A stretch of DNA of 64,000 nucleotides from an uncultured delta proteobacterium (GTDB lineage: Bacteria; Desulfobacterota; Desulfobulbia; Desulfobulbales; SURF-16): contig CAVSQR010000043.1 in the NCBI GenBank assembly GCA_963729825.1, positions 1,732 through 65,731 on the forward strand, read 5' to 3'. Shown piece by piece: positions 55,757 through 64,000 of the stretch. The translations under genes and the position numbers were made by a program. The notes beneath the pieces are model-generated. The model was not told the DNA's origin, searched no databases, and saw only the letters and a list, made by a program, of their open reading frames with translations. Each line of letters opens with the position of its first letter. Position 1 is the stretch's first letter.

Positions 55757-55883
55757 GCGGCAGCTTGACTACTGAAGCTGCCCATGATTTTGTCGATCTG
55801 CCTGCTGAGGTTGGCTTTCGCAATTCCATCAAAAGGACTTTGCCGGAAGCTGACCTGATCATCCAGATCCCCATTGTTGCCGC
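55757..55883 (+). ncRNA. Candidate structured RNA (5' leader or sRNA); family not recognised
   Basis: Nested stems pair 55757-55764 with 55876-55883, 55795-55800 with 55864-55869, and 55808-55818 with 55846-55856. An alternative hairpin pairs 55759-55766 with 55775-55782. TTGACA lies at 55707. Confidence 0.4.
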
Positions 55884-55906
55884 AAAACACCAGCAGGGAA
55901 AGAACA

Positions 55907-56935
55907 ATGCCGAAGATAAAAATTTTCACTGCAAAAAATGTCCAGCAGTATGGTTTTACCGACAGGGAAATCGAGGCGCTGAACGCTGAATGGGAGCTGA
56001 AGGCGTCAGAGCTTGGCCTGGAAGAGCATCTTCCTGAATATTGGCAGGAAGCAAAGCGCCACATGAACGAAAAGCTGGCTGGCCGGGTCGCCGAAAGTGA
56101 TGAGCAAAGCGGACCCGGGCAACCGGATGCGGAACCAATCGAGCTGCCTTCCCTTGATGTCAGTCTTGATGATTTTGATATGGGCGAAGAGGAGGAAATA
56201 ACGGCTGTTGATCTGCCTGATGAGGAATTTGAGGTTGAATTCCTGTCCGATGAACTCTCCGAACTGGAACCGATTGCCGGTGATGAGCTGGAGCTGGAAA
56301 TAATCCCTGAAGAGCAGACGGTTGCTCTTGCGGAGATGGCTGAGGAGTCCGCCGCGTTAGAAGGGTTGGAATGGGAGGAGGAAGAGGCTGCTGCAGAACT
56401 GACGATTACAGTTGAAGAGCTGATTCAGGAAGAAGAACCGGCCGAAGAGCCTGCCGTAGACGAGGAACCGGAACCGCAAGTTGAAGAAGCAGCTCCGGAG
56501 CAGGGGATTGCTGTTGAAGAGATGGCTGAGGAGGAAGAACCTGTCCTAGAGCAGCCGGCAACAGCCGCAGAAACGGAATTAGAGCTGGAAGAAGTCGTTT
56601 ATGAACAGACGGTTGCTGTAGAAGAAAAACCTGCTGAAGAGGCTGCAACAGCCGCAGAACCGGAACTGCAGGAAGAAGCCGCTCCGGAGCAGGTGGTTGC
56701 TGTTGAAGAAATGGTTGAGGAGATAGCCGCAGAGGAAAAGATCGTTTCGGCGGCAGAGCCTGGAGTTCGCGCCGGCGGATACAGTCGGGATGCCGGAAAC
56801 TGCTGTGGAAGAGTTCAGCTCAAGAGGAAGTTGCCGAGGAAGAGCCGGCCCCGGTTGCTGAGCAGAAAAAGGAATCGTTTCTCGGAAAAATTATGGCCCG
56901 CCTGAAAAAAATATTCCAAGGGTAAAAAAAAATAG
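55907..56935 (+). CDS. Highly acidic Glu/Ala-rich low-complexity repeat protein, frameshifted near the 3' end
   Basis: ~55-aa ordinary N-terminus followed by repeats such as EEAAPEQxxAVEEM and ATAAExEL; the 3' end appears to read ...KYSKGKKK*. Confidence 0.65.
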
Positions 56936-57108
56936 CACGCATTTCCCTTCGGTTGACAAAGTCCTGGCAAAAGAAGTAAACCCATTTCATGGGGTTGCCT
57001 CGATTTGCATGAACCCATCGGAAATATTTGTAAAATGGTAGTCCGCCATCCCGCTCTCAATGCCGGAATCGGATGGCATTACTTTTCTCGGTTAAGGAGG
57101 TAGGTAAT

Positions 57109-57426
57109 ATGAAAAGGTTATTGATTTTAACGCTTCTTGCCATGTCTCTGCTGACAGCCTGTGTTGTGATGCCAAGGCGCGGAGTTGCCGTACCCTTTCT
57201 GCCGCCGGTCGTGGTGCTGGATGCCGAACCGTACTATTATTACGATGGCTTTCATTATCATTATAATAACGACAGATGGTTCTACTCAAGGTCAAGGAAC
57301 GGGCCTTGGGATGACTTGCCGCGAGACCACTACCCCAAAGAGCTCAGGTATAAAGGAAAACATTGGGGGCACAGAGACGGTGACCGCGATGAGCACCGTT
57401 ACGATGATCGGGACCGACGATATTGA
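57109..57426 (+). CDS. Small lipoprotein with a Tyr/His-rich core and an Arg/Asp-rich tail
   Basis: AAGGAGG RBS; signal peptide ending in the lipobox LTAC; PYYYYDGFHYHY...WFYSRSRNGPW. Confidence 0.75.
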   Translation: MKRLLILTLLAMSLLTACVVMPRRGVAVPFLPPVVVLDAEPYYYYDGFHYHYNNDRWFYSRSRNGPWDDLPRDHYPKELRYKGKHWGHRDGDRDEHRYDDRDRRY

Positions 57427-57531
57427 TCTGCGACACTTGCGGAGATACTCAAGAAAGTGCAGGACCTGTCCTTGCCTTGTGAGAGATCGCAACACGGCAG
57501 CCAGTGTTGTGAAAGCATTTTAGCCTGCCCC

Positions 57532-57564
57532 TGCCGGTACCATGACATTGCCATGGTACCGGCA
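57532..57564. terminator. Perfect 13-bp stem-loop between convergent genes
   Basis: TGCCGGTACCATG-7nt-CATGGTACCGGCA. There is no clear U-tract, so a terminator role is uncertain. Confidence 0.4.
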
Positions 57565-57859
57565 AGGTTCATCCTCGCCTATCGGTTCCGCCCAGGGGCA
57601 AAGTATCCCAATATATGCTCACCGGTAGACCAGTTTTCGTTTGCCAGTCACGAGTAGTTCGTTTTCACCCATCTTGAGTTGAGGGACCAGTAGGAAGGTC
57701 AACAAGAAGTGTTGATAGAATATTCGGACCTTCGAGATGGAAATATTAACACGAAAAACAATAGATTAGCTGATGCATTTTCTGGTTGGAATTAAATATC
57801 GTGTCCCCGGTATACCGGCGAAGTAATTCCGGGCAGTATGCAGTTCGTGACAAATAGCT

Positions 57860-60800
57860 CTATTTAGACCTGGACACATCCAGAACAAACACATCAATTA
57901 GCCCTGTGAGTTCTGGTGGTAGCGTCGCTTCTATGCTGCTTTTTAGTTCCTGGGAATTCCTGATATCGTGTTTTTTACGTCCAGCAACCTTTTCGTCTGC
58001 GCCAAACCAGATTGCGAGGAAAATGCCCTGTTGCTCTGCGTCTGGGTGAATGGAGTAACGTTCATGCAGTTGAGTGGAAGCGGCGCTGTATAGCTCGTCA
58101 TGCCATTGCCCTTTGACCTCAGTAACAAGCAATCGCCTTCTGCCGCCAATCATTTTGGTCGCTGTGAAATCACTCCGCTTTGCACCCTTTAGCTGATGCT
58201 CCGGCGTCACAGAGATGCCTTGCGGTTCAAGCCTCAAATTGAGGCGCTCAGCAATAATCTCAGTAGATCGTACTTCGTCTAGTCGTTCGCCTTTCTCATA
58301 AAAGCGATCTGCCGAGTTGAACTCTCCGCCATCAATAGTTTTCTGGAAGTCTTGAAGCTCTTGGATTACGAGTTGACGCAGACCTTCCACAGTAACTACT
58401 AGGTCGCGGTCCAGTCGATTTACGATTTCCTGTGGTGTTGGCGGTTCGAAATCCCTCAGTGCTTTCCTTCGCACTTGACCGGCATGCATGCTCTTCAGAA
58501 TATTGTGCATGTCGGCGAAACGCGGATCGGCAAGAAGCCGATTGAGGACGGGGATGGCATCATCAGGATCATCTGTATCAATTGACCAAATCACCTCGGT
58601 CAAAAATCGGTATGCTTTCTCTTCTTTGGGGCTATCCGATCCGTAGCTGCTTGGCAGATGCACTTTAGGCCATTTATCGACGAAGGCATCTAAAATGGCT
58701 TCTACCTTGCTCGATGTGAGCTCTGGCCAATAGGAATGATTTCTATAATTCATTCGGCCAGACAGCCCGGAAAGTATAAACACAGTGTCTTTATCTGCTT
58801 TGAGGCAGTCCCAGTACGTTACAGGTGCATCGTCGATAAAGTACCATGCACGCACTAACCAGAAAGTACGCAGTTGTTCGATATCATTATTTTCAGTCCG
58901 CTTGGGCCAGTCGGACATCAGCTCAGAGCAACGCTCTGCGATTATTTCTTTCAAGTCATCTTTGTTGCCATACTGAGCAGCAATTTCAAAAAGTGTATCC
59001 AATGGGCTTAAGGCCAACTCGCGAAAGCGCCTAAGCCACTCAATCGACAGGTTGGCGCGTAAAGGAGAGAAGACCTCATCGCCACGCAAAAACCAAACTT
59101 CAGGATGAGCGCAATTCGGCCGTGCCAGTTGTGGTTCGAGGTACTCACGGAGGTAACGTTCGGGACTTGCGCTATCAGTAAAAATGAGGCGGTCAACTTC
59201 CTTTAATAGTGCTTCAAGTTCTTCTCTAGAGACTGAATCGTAGCCCCCATGAATGTCAGTTCGCAGTGCTCTGAGTAGGCGAAGATCAACTCCTTCCAGA
59301 CTGCCTTTTGCACGCATGATCTCCAAGCAAGCCGCACAAAGGATCCTTATAGAAAGGTAAGCCTTCGATTCACACTGTAATTCAGCCAATTTGGGCAGAT
59401 CGGGGACTTGCGGGGCTATAAAATCGAGGCTGTTTTTAAGCGCATTCCGAAGAAGCTTCTCATCGCCAACTTCGTGCTCAATTTTGTCCGGTTCAAATAG
59501 CACCAATTCGGCAAAGTGGAGTAAGAGACTCCAATGGCGACCACCTTCAACAAGTTCCCGGTTGTCTTGAATATACTTGAATCTTTGCAACGCGGTTGTC
59601 TTCTTGCTGCCTGTCGGAGCCGCTTCATACGGGTTTCGGCCGAAACCCCATTCTCGATGGTTTCTCGTTTGAATTGCTTGGCTCTTGCCCTGTTAATATT
59701 AGCCCACTCTCGCATAAATAATGGCTTTTCCTGTGCTTGTTCACGCATGTGACGTCGCAAAGTGTCAACGCCTCGGTCCTCCTTATTTCGATAGAACTGG
59801 TGTGTTGCCATGAAACTTTCCCACAAGATTGGGTTGTTAGTCTCAAAAGCCAGATCAACTACGTATTTGTAGTCATTTGTACGAAAATTAAGGCCGGAAT
59901 GGGCGTGTGAATCGAACTTATTGATTCGGGTGTCGAAAATCTCGTCTCGGTCAGTCAGTTTCCCGAAGACATGAGCGATAATCCCTTGGCGAAGATCATC
60001 ATCTTTTTGAAGCACTTGAACAGCCTTGCTTTGCTCTTGGCTTTTGGGCCCATGGAAGTTCAGATTTCTGAGCCATTGCCAAACCCGTATTGGATCAAAC
60101 GGAGGGTTGGCTAGATCGAAGTACCGATCCAGCATTGACCCCACGATCTTGCTTATTCCGTTTCGGCAGTCACATTCATAAGGCTTCTTGCCGCACACAC
60201 AGACTAGGTCTTTGGTTAATTCATCCAAAAGCCACTCAATAGACTCAAAATCAAGACCTTTGATGAATTTCTTCAGGAAGTAGAGCTCACCAATTGTGCG
60301 CCCATATCGTTCTTTGTGGCCAGGATAAAGTTTTGCGCAGACCCGAAGGAATTCTGCAAGATAAACCCGCTCGAACGTTTCTGGGCCAAGCGTTGCGATA
60401 GTCTCAGCCGCAAGAATGAGTGAAGAAATACTGGCATCAGAAATAAGAACGTCTAAGTTAGAGCGATGGTCATAACCGGCGATATCAAGCAGATAGTTAT
60501 TCGCCAACCTACGACTGTGCTTGTTTCCATCCGGTGTTAAAACGAGTTTGCGCAACTCATCTCTAAGTTGTTCGATTGCTGGTGATCCTGCCAGGAGCTC
60601 AAGAATCAGATCGCGCAAGTGCCCGTCACTTCCAACCACAAGAAGTGGTTTGATTTCTTCTAGCACCTCTGGAGTGAAGAAACCTGCAACACTAAATCGG
60701 CGCTCCCAATCTCCTCTTCGAAAGTATGGGTCCACCCCTTCAATATCTTTCAGTCGATTTATAAGCAGGCGTTTTGACGAATGTTCAAGTTGGGAAGGAT

Positions 60801-61890
60801 CGCCGTTCGCTAGTACTGCATAAGCGTCAAGTTTGATAGCGGCTTCTTCGATAGATCTGACGCCTAATGCTGCCATCCAGCCCAACAGTCCCCGTAGTTC
60901 ATCTCGCACTGTGGAGTTTGGAGCGATAATAGGTAGGCACTTGGGTAGAGTCAGAGGGTCTGCCGGGTCTGCTATACGCTTGGTGAGATAGTTCGCTGCG
61001 CAGTACTCAGCGACAATCTTATGAACCCAGCGATGCTGGTCGGCACTGTCTCCCGGCTTGAATAGACGGGTTGTGAGTATACCTTCAGCCGCAATGTCGC
61101 CGTCAAATAGTGCCGCCAACAATGGATACATCCGATTTTCGCTGGCTTCGCTTATGGAGATTCCTTCTGCACCGGACAACAAGAGCTTGGCGAAAACTTC
61201 CGACGCCATGTCAACTTTTTGAGTGATTGAAAGTCCCGGATTGCTTCTCGCTACATTGGGGTTTGCTTCCTTCGCTAGACGTTCGACCGCTTGAACAAAG
61301 ATTGATCGTTTGTCGGTGAAGTGTCTTCCGCTCTCGATATAAGCATCAGCAAACAGTTTTAGAAATTGTGGGTTTGGGAGAAGCGTTTCCAAATCAAATC
61401 GAGCAACCTCGGTCTGGAACGCTACAAAGTCCTCTCCTTGCAGATGGTGTTCAAAGATCGCCCGCTGTTCCGCTTCATCAAACTCGCATAGCCGAACCAC
61501 AAAAGGTTTGTGTCCGAAAAAGTCTTTGAAGGCGTTTGATGCAGCGCTGTCCCACTCGCTGGATCGGCTCGACAAGAAAACATGGGTCGGCTTGGCAGCT
61601 TCAGCTTTACCAAAAAGCTTGTAAATGCCGGATGAGTCCACTTTTGCCAACTCATCAAATGCGTCAATCACCAGCGGAATATTGTTCGCCGTTGATCCAA
61701 CATATACAAATTTACTAGCTGTAACGACCGATGTGCCCATCTGTTGGGCAAGACTCCCCATAAGTTCAGTTTTTCCACCGCCGGGTTCGGCCAATACAAC
61801 GACATACTTAGAAGCGGCGAGCAACTCCGTTTCAGTGTAAGTCTTGTCATTGCCAGAGAGACTACGTGGAAGGTAGAAAGTTGAATTCAT
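57860..61890 (-). CDS. Large NACHT/STAND-like NTPase with a C-terminal PD-(D/E)xK-like nuclease domain (~1340 aa; split near 59600-59660)
   Basis: Walker A LAEPGGGKT, Walker B LVIDAFDE, LSSR, NPQFL and HKIVAEYCAA; long helical middle; C-terminal PEH...KRSDFT...LVTEVKGQW...TQLHERY. Confidence 0.75.
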
Positions 61891-62299
61891 ATGTGAATGA
61901 TATTTATCAGCATCCATTTGGTGAATTCCGGGTACACCATAATCAACTGCCGGTCTAGATATTTCCAAATTATGGGTACTATTCTATTCGGTGCAATAAT
62001 GTGCAAGGAAAATATCATGTGAGTGTAAGTTTGGATTTGCGGACTGTAGGCTTGAGATGCGACTTGGAAAGGTTAATGTCTGGCAGACTTCCCGGACCTG
62101 AAGACTATTCCTGAGTATACGTAACAAAACCTGTTTTTTCTTTTTAGATTAATTAGTTACATATGTATGATTTTTGTCGTTTTCTTATTGAAAGTCAAGG
62201 TTATTCTCCGCACCAGCGGAGGGGAAAGCCAATTGTGAGAATGGGCTCTAAAAATTGCTCGTCGGAACAATTGGCTTTTGCCGTAGCGGCTTTCTCCCT

Positions 62300-63199
62300 C
62301 TAATTTGTAACCCCTGTGGTTTTCGTTACTGTTTTCTTCAGCACTTTGTCCATGGCAGTGTAATAGTCACGCTGTGCCTTAACGTTAGAAAGCCTGCTAT
62401 AGCGTTGGGTTGTCTCAATACAGTTGTGCCCCAGGATATCCTGAATTGTAACGAGATCGGCATCAGCGTTGAGCAACTGAGTGGCCATAGTATGGCGAAG
62501 TCTATGGCAGGACACAGCTATGCCGCTTTTCTTTGAGTAATACTCTATCCGTTTCTGGATACCACGCACTGATATGGGCTGGCCTCTGCAGCATCCTTTC
62601 TCTACAAGAAAAACTTTCTGCTCTTTCGTGACTGGTCTTTTTTGGAGATAAACAGCCAAAGCTTCCGCAGCATCATTGCTGATATATACAACCCGGTCTT
62701 TGGCACCTTTGCCACTTCTGACCATGATTTGGTTACGCTGGTAATCAATGGCGCCAAGAGTTAAATGTGCCACCTCTTCAACACGCATTCCACAGCGCAG
62801 CATCAGCATAAAAATAGCCATATCCCTGTTCTTCTTGATACTGTGGAGGAATATTTCAACATCGCTGTCTCGTAAGTGTTTTGGGAGAGGGCTGGGGAGT
62901 CGGAGTGCCAGCTTTTTGATAACCGGGTTAACCACTTGCAACTCTTCCTCGTCTCTCAGGTAACTATAAAATCTGCGTATCGCTATCAGATGTGCATTGA
63001 TAGTTTGGGCAGACAATCTTTTTTCGAGAAGCACATCGATATAATCCTTCACATCCTGCTTTACGACTGCTTCAACAGGAACGGCAGCCCATACCATGAA
63101 CTGTTTTAATCTGTGCAGGTAATTTTTAACCGTGTGAGAGGCCAAGTTTCTTCTCTTCAAATACCGCCTGTAACGGAGAATTGACTCGGTGAGATTCAT
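62300..63199 (-). CDS. Tyrosine recombinase/integrase (XerC/D fold)
   Basis: N-terminal SAM-like domain; CGMRVEE, GKGAKDR, HRLRHTMAT, LGH and TTQRY give a full catalytic set. Confidence 0.93.
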   Translation of the reverse strand: MNLTESILRYRRYLKRRNLASHTVKNYLHRLKQFMVWAAVPVEAVVKQDVKDYIDVLLEKRLSAQTINAHLIAIRRFYSYLRDEEELQVVNPVIKKLALRLPSPLPKHLRDSDVEIFLHSIKKNRDMAIFMLMLRCGMRVEEVAHLTLGAIDYQRNQIMVRSGKGAKDRVVYISNDAAEALAVYLQKRPVTKEQKVFLVEKGCCRGQPISVRGIQKRIEYYSKKSGIAVSCHRLRHTMATQLLNADADLVTIQDILGHNCIETTQRYSRLSNVKAQRDYYTAMDKVLKKTVTKTTGVTN

Positions 63200-64000
63200 A
63201 ATATCCTCCCTTTTCTATGATTTCCATTGCCCTAAAATATTCTGTCTCTCTTGTTATGTCGGACATCCTGGCATAGCGTCTGGTAATCTCGATGGATCGG
63301 TGGCCCAATAACTTTGCTAATACCTCCAGGCGTAAGCCGGCATTGAGCATATCCGTTGCAAATGTATGACGAAGGCAATGAAGGCTATAGCCTTTATGGG
63401 CTAACCCGGCTGCTTCCAGGTGTTTTCTCATGATATTCCAGGCTGCCACATAGCAGATTGTTGCGCGGCGTGGACTGTAAAAAAGAAATCCCCTATTCTT
63501 TTCTCTTATCTGAAGCCACTGTTTTAATGCCCGATCAGCATCATCACTGAAATAGACAGCTCTTCCCTGGTAATTCTTTTCTCCCAGGTAGATCAAAATC
63601 TTCTGTTCCGGGAGAATGATGTCAGACATTTTCACATTGAGCAATTCACCAATTCGCATACCGGTTCGCAGTAACAACAGGATCATGGCTCTGTCCCGAA
63701 TGTTATTTATCGCCGCAAGCAGTTTCTGGATGTCGTCCAGCGCAATGGCCTTAGCAAGTATCTCAGGCGGTTTGATTCGGATCTTTTTGAACAAAATTTC
63801 TGAGGGAAGGACTTCTTGTTCCACCAGAAAACCAATAAAAGTATATAGGGCTCTCAGATTTGTTCTGACAGTCCCCACCGATATACCCCGATCCTGCTCA
63901 TTTTCCACATATGCTTCAATGTCCTGTCTGACCAGGTTGAGAATGTCTCTGGTTCTCTCATTCAAAAAGGCGAGGAAAGACAAAACAACAGCGCAGGATT
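63126..64000 (-). CDS. Tyrosine recombinase/integrase, 5' end beyond the window
   Basis: TGMRIGE, HCLRHTFAT, LGH and TRRY; its 3' end overlaps the next integrase by 74 nt. Confidence 0.92.
   Translation of the reverse strand, partial: SCAVVLSFLAFLNERTRDILNLVRQDIEAYVENEQDRGISVGTVRTNLRALYTFIGFLVEQEVLPSEILFKKIRIKPPEILAKAIALDDIQKLLAAINNIRDRAMILLLLRTGMRIGELLNVKMSDIILPEQKILIYLGEKNYQGRAVYFSDDADRALKQWLQIREKNRGFLFYSPRRATICYVAAWNIMRKHLEAAGLAHKGYSLHCLRHTFATDMLNAGLRLEVLAKLLGHRSIEITRRYARMSDITRETEYFRAMEIIEKGGYYESHRVNSPLQAVFEEKKLGLSHG

Larger units (their letters stand above)
57700..64000. mobile_element. AT-richer genomic island (STAND-nuclease gene plus tandem integrases); boundaries approximate
   Basis: Visible drop in GC and change of codon style relative to the arn and mqn operons, plus two integrase genes. 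Confidence 0.6.

Noticed and set aside
57860-59590. Separate 576-aa nuclease gene (two-gene system)
   Set aside because: It overlaps the upstream ORF, whose tail turns implausible at the same point, and it lacks a clear RBS. One frameshifted gene is more likely, though reads should confirm this.

Overview
The window is not one continuous locus. It looks like a join of at least four unrelated fragments, because genes are cut mid-domain at about 4908, 5572 and 15134. Many genes are also split by single-base indels, which are most likely read or assembly errors. Fragment A (1 to ~4908, GC-rich) has a Tat-exported PIG-L deacetylase, a cupin, a small HTH protein, a tRNA-Gly 3' remnant with att-like features and several small membrane genes. 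Fragment B (~4908-5572) is the end of an outer-membrane beta-barrel gene. Fragment C (~5572-15134, very GC-rich) has an M48/Ste24 fragment, a class III cyclase-STAND-TPR gene with a secreted partner, DUF4389 and DUF4870 genes, an M48 peptidase and a truncated Lhr-like helicase. Fragment D (15135-64000) is Desulfobacterota-like by gene content (inference). It holds the start of a group-1a-like [NiFe] hydrogenase large subunit, a FapA/HDOD/receiver signalling operon, multi-GAF and hybrid kinases, ssb, an SPL-like radical SAM, a NarX/NarL-type pair, nrdJ with NrdR boxes and a diguanylate cyclase. It also holds an arn (L-Ara4N) operon with two ArnT paralogues and a two-component system, a divergent TetR-led futalosine (menaquinone) operon, an acidic repeat protein with a structured leader, and an AT-richer island at the right end. 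The best candidate for an undescribed system is that island: a ~1340-aa NACHT-like NTPase with no N-terminal effector and a C-terminal PD-(D/E)xK-like nuclease, bracketed by imperfect inverted repeats and next to two tandem tyrosine recombinases. All calls come from motif reading; no database searches were run.
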